This document shows, in pieces, positions 37,520-55,729 of a stretch of 64,000 nt of DNA (position 1 is its first letter; each line of letters opens with the position of its first letter). Made by a program: the position numbers and the translations under genes. The notes below the pieces were generated by a model, which worked only from the letters and a program-made list of their open reading frames with translations, was not told the origin of the DNA and did no database searches. Source of the DNA: Octopus sinensis (Eukaryota); contig NC_043026.1 of assembly GCF_006345805.1 (NCBI RefSeq), positions 930,001 to 994,000 on the forward strand, written 5' to 3'.

Positions 37520-38100
37520 TCTACTAAAGGCACAAGGCCTGAAATTTTGGGGGACAGGTCTAGTTGGTTACATCAACCCCAGTGCTTCACCACTACTTAT
37601 TTTACTGACCCCTAAAAGGACGAAAAGCAAAGTTGACCGCGGTGGAATTTGAACTCAGAACGTAACGACAGATGAAATATCTATTTATTTACTACCCACA
37701 AGGGGCTAAACACAGAGAGGACAAACAAGGACAGACAAACGGATTAAGTCCATTACATCGATCCCAGTGCGTAACTGGTACTTATTTAATCGACCCCGAA
37801 AAGATGAAAGGCAAAGTCGACCTCGTCGGAATTTGAACTCAGAACGTAAAGGCAGATGAAATACCTATTTATTTACTACCTACAAGGGGCTAAACACAGA
37901 GAGGACAAACAAGGACAGATAAACGGATTAAGTCGATTACACCGACCCCAGTGTGTAACTGGTACTTAATTTATCGACCCCGAAAGGATAAAAGGCAAAG
38001 TCGACCTCGGCGGAATTTGAACTCAGAGCGTAACGGCAGACCAAATACCGCTAAGCATTTCGCCAAGTGTGCTAACGATTTTGCAAGTTCGCCATCATAT
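37520..38100 (-). mobile_element. Head-to-tail trimer of family B SINEs
   Basis: Same junction (gatgaaata(c/t)ctatttatttactacc) at about 37680 and 37865; period 184 bp. Confidence 0.85.
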
Positions 38101-38134
38101 GTGTTTGACAATAATACACGCAAATACACACATA

Positions 38135-38548
38135 GGCGCAGGAGTGGCTGTGTGGTAAGTAGCTTGTTTACCAACCACATGGTTCCGGGTTCAGTCCCAC
38201 TGCATAGCACCTTGGGTTAAGTGTCTTCTACTATAGCCTCGGGCCGACCAAAGCCTTGTGAGTGGATTTGGTAGACGGAAACTGAAAGAAGCCCGTCGTA
38301 TATATGTGTATATATATATATATATATGGTCGTGTGTGTTTGTGTGTCTGTGTTTGTCCCCCTAGCATTGCTTGACAACCGATGCTGGTGTTTTATGTCC
38401 CCGTTACTTAGCGGTTCGGCAAAAAGAGACCGATAGAATAAGTACTGGGCTTACAAAAGAATAAGTCCCGGGTCGAGTTGCTCGATTAAGGCGTGCTCCA
38501 GCATGGCCGCAGTCAAAAGACTGAAACAAGTAAAAGAGTAAAGAGTAA
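38135..38548 (+). mobile_element. SINE family A, full length
   Basis: ggcgcaggagtggctgtgtgg through aaagagtaaagagta. Confidence 0.9.
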
Positions 38549-38582
38549 ATGCATCTTGCATCAGGTTCAATGGTGTATACTC

Positions 38583-38993
38583 TTACTCTTTTACTCTTTT
38601 ACTTCTTTCAGATATTTTGACTGCGGCCATGCTGGAGCACCGCCTTTTAGTCGAGCAAATCGACCCCGGGACTTATTCTTTGTAAGCCCAGTACTTATTC
38701 TATCAGTCTCTTTTGCCAAACCGCTAAGTGACGGGGACGTAAACACACCAGCATCGGATGCCAAGCAATGCTAGGGGGACAAACACAGACATACAAACAC
38801 ATATACACATATATATATATATATATACATATATACGACAGGCTTCTTTCAGTTTCCGTCTACCAAATCCACTCACAAGGCATTGGTCGGCCCGGGGCTA
38901 TAGTAGAAGACACTTGCCCAAGATGCCACGCAGTGGGACTGAACCCGTAACCATGTGGTTGGTTAGCAAGCTACTTACCACACAGCCACTCCT
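38583..38993 (-). mobile_element. SINE family A, full length, inverted relative to its neighbour
   Basis: Reverse complement of the family A consensus. Confidence 0.9.
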
Positions 38994-39063
38994 GATTTAT
39001 TTGATCAATAGAGCCACCTTGTCACTGACTCTTCTGAGTAAATGGCTAAGTAGTCATTCACAG

Positions 39064-39095
39064 ATGCCAGAGAAGGCTGGCCTTTTCAATAACAG
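39064..39095 (+). CDS. Candidate short internal exon (unverified)
   Basis: tcattcacAG acceptor and CAG|GTATGG donor, in non-repeat sequence; joins in frame to 42385. Confidence 0.22.
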
Positions 39096-39294
39096 GTATG
39101 GAGTCTATACAAAGGACAATGTTACATAATAACAGGAATACAATTTAGAAATCATTGAGTTTTCTGCAGCTCTTTGTGTTACCCTTCACTCGAGTTGAAG
39201 GGTACTCAAGGGTACTCAGACTGATGAGATGTATACAATGGATAAGGCGTGATAAGGCTAGCTGGGCCCTTGGACTATGTATGTGTGAGGGCAC

Positions 39295-39724
39295 ATACAC
39301 ATACATACATACATACACACATACATACATACATGCATACAAACATACAAACATACATACATACAAATATACATACATACTTACATACATACATACATAC
39401 ATACTTACATACATACATACATACATACTTACATACATACATACAAACATACATACAAACATACACACAAACATACATACATACATACATACATACATAC
39501 AAACATACAAACATACATACATACAAATATACATACATACTTACATACATACATACATACTTACATACATACATACATACACACTTACATACATACATAC
39601 ATACATACATACAAACATACACACAAACATACATACATACATACATACATACATACATACATACATACACACATACATACATACATACATACATACATAC
39701 ATACATACATACATACATACACAC

Positions 39725-39763
<39 letters not shown>

Positions 39764-39788
39764 CACACAAACATACATACATACATAC

Positions 39789-39819
<31 letters not shown>

Positions 39820-39856
39820 CATACATACATACACACAAACATACATACATACATAC

Positions 39857-39887
<31 letters not shown>

Positions 39888-39937
39888 CATACACACTTAC
39901 ATACATGCATACATACACACAAACATACACACAAACA

Positions 39938-39971
<34 letters not shown>

Positions 39972-39996
39972 CACACAAACATACATACATACATAC

Positions 39997-40027
<31 letters not shown>

Positions 40028-40974
40028 CATACACACAAACATACATACATACATACTTACATACATACATACATACATACACACAAACATACACACAAAC
40101 ATACATACATACATACATACACACAAACATACACACAAACATACATACATACATACATACATGCATACATACACACAAACATACACACAAACATACATAC
40201 ATACATACATACATACATACATGCATACATACACACAAACATACACACAAACATACATACATACATACATACATACATACATACATGCATACATACACAC
40301 AAACATACACACAAACATACATACATACAAACATACATACATACATACATACATACATACATACATACATACAAACATACACACATACATACATACATAC
40401 ATACATACATACATACATACAAACATACACACAAACATACATACATACATACATACATACAAACATACTACATACATACAACATACATACAACATACATA
40501 CATACATACATACATACATACATACATACATACATACATACTTATATATATACATACATACATACATACATACATACAAACATACATACATACATACATA
40601 CATACAAACATACATACGTACATACTACTATATACATACATACAATACATATATGCATACATACATATAGCATACATACATACATACACACCAACATACA
40701 TACTTACATACATACATACACATACATACATACCTCAATACATACATACACATACATACATACATACATACTTATATATACAGACATACATACATACATA
40801 CACACATACATACAAACATACACCACACAACTACTTACATACATACATACAAACATACATACGTACATACATACATATTACATACATACATACATACATA
40901 TATGCATACATACATATATGCATACATACATACATACACACAAACATACATACTTACATACATACATACAAACA

Positions 40975-41008
<34 letters not shown>

Positions 41009-41025
41009 CATACATACATACATAC
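39295..41025. repeat. 1.7-kb (CATA)n tract with caaa/ctta variants
   Basis: Visible directly. Confidence 0.95.
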
Positions 41026-41027
41026 AA

Positions 41028-41322
41028 ATGCCTTGTGAGTGGATGTGGTAGATGGCAACTGAGAGAAGCCCATTGTATATATGTATATATATGCGTGTGT
41101 GTATTTGTGTGTCTGTGTTTTTCCCCCTAGCATTTCTTGACAACCGATGCTGGTGTGTTTACGTCCCCGTTACTTAGCAGTTCGGCAAAAAAGACCGATA
41201 GAATAAGTACTGGGCTTACAAAAGAATAAGTCCCGGGGTCGAGTTGCTCGATTAAAGGCGGTGCTCTAGCATGGCCGCAGCCAAATGACTGAAACAAGTA
41301 AAAGAGTAAGAGTAAAGAGAGT
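41028..41322 (+). mobile_element. SINE family A, lacking its head
   Basis: Starts at gccttgtgagtggat; tail intact. Confidence 0.85.
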
Positions 41323-41651
41323 ATCTCGAAAACATGCCCCAGCACTTTCGGGCCAACGGTGTCGTCGTGGGCGTGCTTTGCACGTGTCCACTTCGGTTGT
41401 CTGTTCGCACTCCCAGCCCTATTTGCCAGTGTGTGTGCGGTCGGGTCACGGAGCTCCGCGTGCATCGCCACCCTGCCCATGTCTTCATCCATTCGGTTTC
41501 ACACCTGCGTGGCGTTGCTCCGGCGTCTTTGCGCGGGTCGTCGCAGGAGCCACAAGGCAGGCGTCGCCATTCGCATTGCGGTAGCGTGTCGACTTCCCGG
41601 TCTTTTCGGCCTGCACGGTTCCTCCGAGGGTGCTCTTTGCCGAGTGTCTGA

Positions 41652-41879
41652 GGCAAGCTGGCAGAATCGTTAGCATGCCGGGCGAAATGCGTAGCAGCAT
41701 TTCATCTGCCGCTACGCTCTGAGTTCAAATTCCGCCAAGATGGACTTTACCTTTCATCCTTTCAGGGTTGATAAATCAAGTACCAGTTATGCACTGGGGT
41801 CGATGTAATCGACTTAAACCCGTTAGTCTGCCCTTGTTTGTACCTTCTATGTTTAGCCCCTTGTGGGTAATAAAGAAAC
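41652..41879 (+). mobile_element. SINE family B, full length
   Basis: agctggcagaatcgttagc...gggtaataaagaaa. Confidence 0.9.
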
Positions 41880-42384
41880 AGTACGTTCACTGTGAACAAA
41901 TTAGAGTGCTCAGAGTGAACCCCGCTGGCTTGCATACAAAAAGCATGGAATGATGGAAAATGGCCTCATCCATGAATCGACTGATAGAATAAGTACTATG
42001 CTTCCAAAGAATAAGTCCTGGGGTTGATTTGTTCAACTAAAGGCGGTGCTCCAGCATGGCCGCAGCCAAATGACTGAAACAAGGAGAAGAGAATAAAAAA
42101 GTAAAAAAACTGGGGTTGGTTCATTTGACTAAAACATTCTTGAAGGCGGTGCCCCAGCATGGCCACAGTCTGGTGATTAAAATAAATATAAGATACAAAA
42201 CAAAAGATCAATCGAATTCCACTGTGGAAATATTGGTCAACCTGAGATGATGGGAGAAGACACTTGCCCAAGGTGCTATGGAGTCAGATGAAACTGAGAG
42301 TCATGTGGTTTACAAAACGAAGATCTTGAGCACGATGTTATGCAGGTGCCTCTCTGTCGTTGTTTCTTTGTTCTAGTGTTTCAG

Positions 42385-42421
42385 CTTCCTGTGGGGGGCC
42401 TGGGGGTCATATGGAAGCATG
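42385..42421 (+). CDS. Candidate short internal exon (unverified)
   Basis: Long pyrimidine tract ending tttcAG, donor ATG|GTATGT, open in all three frames. Confidence 0.28.
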
Positions 42422-42684
42422 GTATGTCTGTTGGATGTCTGTGTAAAGGAAGGAGTGAGGGAGAGGGACAGTTGTAAAGAGAGAGAAAAAGAGAGAAAGA
42501 TGTGAAGATATGAGTATTTGAGTGAAAGATTTAGAGAGAAAGATGGAGAGCATGAAAAACAGGGGAGTGTGAGTGAAATATATATATATATATAATATAT
42601 ATATATATATATGTATATATATATGTGTGTTGTGTGTGTGTGTGTGTGTATGTATATATGTGTGTATATATATATATATATATA

Positions 42685-43287
<603 letters not shown>

Positions 43288-43306
43288 TATATATATATAT
43301 ATATAT

Positions 43307-48454
<5,148 letters not shown>

Positions 48455-48810
48455 GTTTAACGTCCGTTCTCCATGCTAGCATGGGTTGGACTGTTCAACC
48501 GGGGATCTGGGAAGCCAGAAGGCTGCACCAGGCTCCGGTCTTATCTGGCAATGTTTCTACAGCTGGATGCCCTTCCTAACGCCAACCACTCCGTGAGTGT
48601 AGTGGGTGCTTTTTACGTGCCACCTGCACAGGTGCCAGGTGAGGCTGGCAACGGCCACGGTCGGATTGGTGTATTTTATGTTCCACCGGCACGGAAGCCA
48701 GTCGAGGCGGTGCTGGCATCGGCCACGAGTCGGATAGTGCTTTTTACGTACCACCAGACCAGGGATCCTGGCTGGTTCAATTCGATTTCGATTTCGCTTG
48801 CCCCAACATC
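48455..48810 (-). mobile_element. Family C retroposon whose (GAT)n tail is the 5.1-kb tract
   Basis: catc|gtttaacgtccgttctccatgctagcatggg is the reverse complement of the family C 3' end. Confidence 0.9.
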
Positions 48811-48834
48811 GCAAGCAAAGGGGGTTGGCATAAT

Positions 48835-49030
48835 CCAAACATGAAAACACAAAGAGAAAACACAACAACACGAGGACGTGGAACAAATATAGTATTATTG
48901 GACGCTCAGGAAGGAAGGGAAGAAGGAGGGTTTAGCGTTTCGAGTGGAGCTCTTCGTCAGAAACATATGAGAAGGAAAGATCCAGAGAAGGGAAGACAGA
49001 GGAAAAAAAATCACCAACAGTACACACGCG
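48835..49030 (-). mobile_element. Probable Penelope-like terminal remnant, family P1
   Basis: Reverse-complement homologue of 4560-4757. Confidence 0.55.
48930..48964 (-). ncRNA. Minimal type I hammerhead motif (intact CUGACGA, U16.1>C at the cleavage triplet)
   Basis: GTTT-CTGACGA-A-GAG-CTCCA-CTC-GAAAC-GCT-AAAC. Confidence 0.7.
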
Positions 49031-49395
49031 ATATATATATATATATGTATGTATGTGTGTGTATGTATTTTGTGTGTCTGTGTTTGTGCCCCCAACATCG
49101 CTTGACAACCAATGCTGGTGTGTTTACATCCCCATAACTTAGCAGTTCGGCAAAAAGAGATCGATAGAAAAAGTACTTGGCTTCCAAATGACTGAAACAG
49201 GTTAAGAGTATGATAATTTTGGCACAAGACCAACAGTTTTAGGGGTAGGGATTAAGTCCATTACATCAATCCTAGTATACAACTGGTACTTATTTTATTG
49301 ACCCTGAAAGAATGGAAAGCGAAGCTGACCACAGTGGAATTTGAACTTAGAATATAAATGCAGATGAAATGTCACCAAGCATTTTACATGGTTCA

Positions 49396-49603
49396 CTCTT
49401 TTACTTGTTTCAGTCATTTGACTGCGACCATGTTGGAGTACCGCCTTTAGTCGAGCAAATCGATCCCGGGACTTATTCTTTTGTAAGCCTAGTACTTATT
49501 CTATCGGTTTCTTTTGCTGAACCGCTAAGTAACGGGGACGTAAACACACCAGCATCGGTTGTCAAGTAATGCTAGGGGGACAAACACTGACACACAAACA
49601 TAT

Positions 49604-49634
<31 letters not shown>

Positions 49635-49805
49635 CATATATACGACGGGCTTCTTTCAGTTTCCGTCTACCAAATCCAATCACAAGGCTTTGGTCGGCCC
49701 AAGGCTATAGCAGAAGACACTTGCCCAAGATGCCACGCAGTGGGACTGAACCCGGAACCATGTGGTTGGTAAGCAAGCTACTTACCACACAGCCACTCCT
49801 GCGCC
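49396..49805 (-). mobile_element. SINE family A, full length
   Basis: Reverse complement of the family A consensus. Confidence 0.9.
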
Positions 49806-50067
49806 TGTTAAAGAATTCTACCTGCTTGTCACCTTAATAAATAATCTTAATCGTGGATTCAAATTTTTGCCTGGGGCTAGCAATTTCAGAAGCAGTAATT
49901 GAGTCCCAGTGCTCAACTGGTACTTATTATATCAACTCTGGAAAGATGCAAGGCAAAGATAGCCATGGCGGGATTTGAACCCAGAAACTAAATTTACTTG
50001 GTATGCTAATGATTCTACCAGCTCAATGCCTTTTTGTTGATTAATTGATAAAACACACACACACACA

Positions 50068-50390
50068 TCATCATCATCATCATTGTTCGACCGTGGTCGA
50101 GACAATGGAATTTACCATGCTATGCCAGACTTCACGATCCATCATAGCATTACGAAGGTCCTGTTGCTGGATGCCTGTATCCCTGGAGATTACATCAGGG
50201 TAGGAGAGTGTGCACCCTCTGGTACTGCGAGTAGATGGCTTCCAGAGGAGAAGAGTAGAAATTGCCTCGTTTTCAGCTCTACAACAATGTCCAGCAAACT
50301 GGACTCTCTTACCTTTCACAAGAGCTGACACACGTGATCTCTCGTGGAAGCGTCATCCAACCAAAATGCAAATATATGGGAAACTACCAC
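50068..50390 (-). mobile_element. RTE-type LINE 3' end with an inverted 5' segment
   Basis: 50068-50332 in minus sense; 50338-50390 is the upstream LSWKRHPTKMQIYGKLP segment on the plus strand. Confidence 0.8.
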
Positions 50391-50419
50391 ACACACACAT
50401 ATATATAGATAGATATATA

Positions 50420-50585
50420 ACAGGAAGGTTTATGAAAATAAACAAAAGACGAATGCAGGTGGAGTACAAACAAACAATGGTATTAGTATGGCGCTCAGGA
50501 ATAGAAATAGAAAAAGTCTTTTACGTTTCGAGCCTACGCTCTTCGACAGAAAGATACACAGAAAAAAACAAGGAGAGAAACAATG
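50420..50585 (-). mobile_element. Probable Penelope-like terminal remnant, family P2
   Basis: Homologous to 13518-13705. Confidence 0.55.
50517..50554 (-). ncRNA. Minimal hammerhead-like motif with CUGUCGA core
   Basis: TCTTT-CTGTCGA-A-GAGC-GTAG-GCTC-GAAAC-GTA-AAAGA; 5-bp stem I, 4-bp stem II. Confidence 0.6.
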
Positions 50586-51904
50586 TATATCTATAGATAG
50601 ATATACATACATACACACACACACATATATATATATATGACGGTATCTCCCGTCGTTAGACAATGTATGAGGATATGACAATTCCTTGCCAAACAACCAC
50701 ACATGATTTGTTTATAGTGATCAAATGTTTGTGTAGATATAAGTTAGCTCCTGCCATCAGATTGACATTACCTGTACAGGTGAGACTTAGTGCCACATGT
50801 CAGATGTCGAAATGATCGCAGAGCAACATGAAATGAAGCGCTTTGCTCAATAACACAACACAAACACCCAGGCCGGGAATTGAAACCGCAGTCTTACAAT
50901 CGTACTTGTAAAAGCCTGGTACTTATTCTACTGGCCTCTTTTGCAAAACAGCTAAGTTACAGGGATGCAAACACACCAACACCAGTTTCAAAATGGTGGG
51001 GGAAGACAAACACAGAGAGAAAGACACACACATGTAGAGAGTTATACCTATACACACACACGTACACACACACAGACACACTCACACACAAACACAAACA
51101 CACAAACAAACACACACACCTATATATATATATATGTGCGATGGGCTCCGTTTAGGTTTCTGTTTACTAAATCCGTTCACAAAGTTTTAGTCAGATCGAG
51201 GCCATAGTTGAAGAGACTTGCCCAAGGTACCACACAGTGGGACTAAACCCAGAACCACATGGTTGAGAAGCAAGCTTCTTACCACACAACCATGCCTGTG
51301 CTTATGTATATGTATCGAAATGATAAAGGCCCCTTCCCAAGCCATATGCTCATGAGGCTGGTTTCCCAGATTCTGTAGTATATGTAATCTCCCCCTAGTC
51401 CATTACAAGGATTAATTGCCCCCTTTTTTTTTCCTACTCTAGGCACAAGATCTGAAATTTTGGGGGAGGGAGCTAGTCGATTAGACTGACCCCAGTACGC
51501 AACTGGTACTTAATTTATCGACTCGGAAATTATGAAAGGCAAAGTTGACCTCAGCAGAATTTGAACCCAGAACGTAAAGGCAGACGAAATAGCACTAAAA
51601 TTTAAAAATATTTTTGTTGTTTTTGTAAAATCTCAGAAAATAATTAAAAATTCACATTTTTTATCAAATTATTTTGTTATATTTGTCTATCTATCCAACT
51701 GTAAACATTTTAAATATTTCACTAACTTTTGGTAAAAGGGTACATATTTTGCCAAAAATTGCCAAATTTGTTCCCACAGTCTTCTTTATCCACAACCATG
51801 AGTTTGTATGTATGTATGTATGCTTGTATATATGGGTAGATGGATGGATAGATGACTTGATGGATGGACGTATGTATGTGTGTGTGTATGTATGCATGTA
51901 TATA

Positions 51905-52134
51905 TTTCTTCACTGCCCACAAGGGGCTAAACACAGAGGGGACAAACAAGGACAGACAAAGGGATTAAGTCGATTACATCGACCACCAGTGCGAAACTGG
52001 TACTTTATTTATTGACCCCGAAAGGATGAAAGGCAAAGTCGACCTCGGCGGAATTTGAACTCAGAACGTAACGGCAGACGAAATACGGCTACGCATTTCG
52101 CCCGGCGTGCTAACGTTTCTGCCAGCTCACCGCC
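51905..52134 (-). mobile_element. SINE family B, full length, CpG-retaining (young) copy
   Basis: Reverse complement of ggcggtgagctggcagaaacgttagcacgccgggcg... Confidence 0.9.
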
Positions 52135-52612
52135 GTATGTATGTATGTGTGTATAATGTAGATATGTATGGATGGATGGATGGATGGATGGATAGATGGA
52201 TGGATGGATAGATGCATGGATGGATGGATGGATGGATGGATGTGTGTATGTATTTATGTATGTATGTCTGTATGTATGTATATATGTATGTATGTATGTA
52301 TATATGTATGTATGCATGTATTATGTATGTACGGGAACGTTCTTGCACTCACAAACACACAGACACACATACACTACGTATGAAATTATTGAATATCACA
52401 TGTTAGCTAAATCAAGATCTGACATGGTGGTGGTGGTCGTGGTGGAGAGGTTAAACAAAGCAAAAACAACTAAAACAATCTCAGTCACAATACATACAAA
52501 CCAACATACATGCACACATACATACATGTGTGTACATACATACATACATACACACATACATAAACACACACACACATATATATATATAGATAGATAGATA
52601 GATAGATAGATA

Positions 52613-53037
52613 GGCGCAGGAGTGGCTGTATGGTAAGTAGCTTGTTTACCAACCACATGGTTCCGGGTTCAGTCCCACTGCGTGGCACCTTGGGCAAGTG
52701 TCTTCTCCTATAGCTTCGGGCCGACCAAAGCCTTGTGAGTGGATTTGGTAGACGAAAACTGAAAGAAGCCTGTCGTATATATGCATATATATATATATAT
52801 ATATGCGTGTGTGTGTTTGTGTGTCTGTGTTTGTCTCCCTAGCATTGCTTGACAACCAATGCTGGTGTGTTTATGTCCCCGTTACTTAGCGGTTCGGCAA
52901 AAGAGACCGATAGAATAAGTACTGGGCTTACAAAAGAATAAATCCCGGGGTCGAGTTGCTCGACTAAAGGCGGTGCTCCAGCATGGCCGCAGTCAAATGA
53001 CTGAAACAAGTAAAAGAGTAAAAGAGAGTAAAGAGTA
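52613..53037 (+). mobile_element. SINE family A, full length
   Basis: Matches the family A consensus. Confidence 0.9.
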
Positions 53038-53626
53038 TATAGATAGATATAAATATATATACATATTTATATTTATATAACTATATATATTTATAGGATA
53101 ATAAAACGAATCGTTTATACATCGAGGTCGACTTTGCCTTTCATCCTTTCGGGGTCGATAAATTAAGTACCAGTTACGCACTGGGTTCGATGTAATCGAC
53201 TTAATCCGTTTGTCTGTCCTTGTTTGTCCCATCTGTGTTTAGCCCCTTGTTGGTAGTAAAGAAATATATATGTATATATGTGTGTGTGTGTGTGTGTGTG
53301 TATCCCCTTTAAAAACTATCTTTCACCTACCTATAAACTACCACCACCACCACCACTTTAGCTGTTACTACAACAACAACTACAACAAAAACTACTACTA
53401 CTACTACTGCTACTACACTGCTATTGCTGTCACAGTTCCCATCTTACTGTGACTGCTCTAGATTCAGTTCTGTTTGAATTAGCCTAAACTTGACTGCAGT
53501 ATCAGTCCAACGTATAATGGCACCAGAATATGCAATGCAATGAAATGCAATGTTTATTCAGCAGCTATTTTTGGTGTGTGCTACTGCACTTATTATGATG
53601 CATGTTGCACATTTCGCTCCTGGTGC

Positions 53627-53668
<42 letters not shown>

Positions 53669-53687
53669 GAGGTGGGAATGATTATAT

Positions 53688-54006
53688 GAAGAGCAGTCTC
53701 CAAGACTTGGCAGGAATAGAAGGGAAATATTGGGAAAACGGGAAAATGGGAAAAAATGGAAAAAATGGGAAAACTGAGTAAGGGATTAGGGTGGGGGATT
53801 TTGTTTACCGGAAAGGACTCAATACAGGGTGCCGAGTTCATAGAAGAGCAGTCTCCAAGACTTGGCAGAAATGGAAGGGAAATATTGGGAAAACGGGAAA
53901 ATGGGAAAAAAATGGGAAAAATGGGAAAACTGAGTAAGGGATTAGTTAGTGTGGGGGATTTTGTTTACTGGAAAGGACTCAATACAGGGTGCCGAGTTCA
54001 TAGAAG
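53688..54006. repeat. Tandem duplication, period 155 bp, with GGG-A-rich sub-repeats
   Basis: gaagagcagtctccaagacttggcag at 53688 and 53843. Confidence 0.9.
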
Positions 54007-54147
54007 TAGCAGATTCCGTGGATCATTAACAGATTTGTAATATGTATACATGCATAAATACATGTACATACATATACACACACATATATATATAAATATG
54101 AGAGAAAGAGAGAGGGAGAGAGTGATGTATATATACATTTACATATG

Positions 54148-54265
54148 TTCCGAAATTGCGAGGATGATCCGGTTCTTGACTGAAGATTAAAGGCTTCGAA
54201 TGACCCGTCCGTGTTTTTTGTATCGTCTATTTGGATGTTTTGCGTTCTTGTCCCATTTTGTATTT

Positions 54266-54270
<5 letters not shown>
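54148..54270 (+). mobile_element. Family F fragment
   Basis: Homologous to 6942-7060. Confidence 0.75.
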
Positions 54271-54297
<27 letters not shown>

Positions 54298-54357
54298 AAC
54301 ATGTTTATTCATATACTAATGTATATATGAATACATATGCATATATACATATGCACC

Positions 54358-54482
54358 AGGCCAGAAACACCACCAGATCTGACTGGCCTGGTGCCGCCTT
54401 CGGGCTTCCCAGACCCCAGTTGAACCGTCCAACCCATGCTAGCATGGAAAGCGGACGTTAAACAATGATGATGATGATGATG
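54358..54482 (+). mobile_element. Family C 3' end
   Basis: ccagatctgactggcc...ggacgttaaacaatgatgat. Confidence 0.85.
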
Positions 54483-54519
54483 ATATATATATATATATAT
54501 ACACATATATATATACATG

Positions 54520-54581
<62 letters not shown>

Positions 54582-54635
54582 TATATATATATATACATAC
54601 ATATATAAAGAAAAATGTACACACACACATATAAC

Positions 54636-54672
<37 letters not shown>

Positions 54673-55299
54673 TGTATATACTTCAACAAGGGCCTGTTTT
54701 ATTGTGTCTACTTTGAGTAATCTTCCAGTTCTCCTTATATAGTCTTCACATCCAGCCTCCTCACTCGGTAACAATTTCCATGCCTCTTCTCGGCCATTAA
54801 TGATGTCAAGTGTGCCACCATCATTCCACACACATCTTTCCTTCGTAACACCTTGATTTATGCTGTGCTGCCACAGTTTACCTCACCACAATACGGAACA
54901 CTCCGCACCTTCCACCCTCTCACATCGCAGAGCGTTGGCTCACCTCCTACTTTCCACTCCTCTCTCTTCGCAGGCCTATACCAAACATCCACTTTCTCCA
55001 CCAGAGATACAACATCACTCTTTCCTCTCCGCGTTTCCCCCATTCTTTTCAGGCCTATCTTCTAGCTTTTATAACTCCATCCTGCTATACCATTCCTACT
55101 TTCACTTTCACATTGTGTATGCCTGCAGCACTGCACTATCTACAGTTGATTTCAATTGCTGTTGGCTTCTATTTCCATCTTCTTCTCAAATTATGTATCA
55201 ACTATGGACCTACATTTTATAACCTACAGTTGGAACTTAAATTTGTGTCAGTTTGCACATGTTCTCTCACCGCATCATCCTCATCCTCCTCCTCATCAT

Positions 55300-55490
55300 C
55301 ATCAACGTTTAACGTCCGCTTTCCATGCTAGCATGGGTTGGACGATTTTGGCTGAGGGCTGGCAAACTAGATGGCTGCACCAGGCTGCACCAGGCTCCAA
55401 TCTTGATTTGGCAGATTCTCTACAGCTGGATGCCCTTCCTAATGCCAACCACTCCAAGAGTATAGTGGGTGCTTTTTACGTGCCACTGGT
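55300..55490 (-). mobile_element. Family C 3' part
   Basis: catcaacgtttaacgtccgctttccatgctagcatggg. Confidence 0.85.
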
Positions 55491-55729
55491 GTCCAGTTGC
55501 AGAAGCCATGCCAAAGCAGTTACTGGACCACGATGCAGTCCTTTTAGTCCATGAGACCTATAAAACCTTACAACCCATATCAGCATGGAACACGAACAGT
55601 AGATGTTGATGATATATATATATATATATATATATACAAGAGAGCTTTAAAAAACTGATGATAATGATGATGATGATAATAATAATAATAATAACAACAA
55701 TAATAACAACAACAACAACAACAACCCTT

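Noticed and set aside
41252-41700. Overlapping ORFs across the GC island
   Set aside because: Expected in GC-rich DNA; several start or end in flanking SINEs, and none has a recognisable motif.
54700-55240. Possible ancient LINE or exon remnant on the minus strand
   Set aside because: Frames are interrupted by stops and the similarity to RTE proteins is too vague to call. TBLASTX against a TE protein library would decide.
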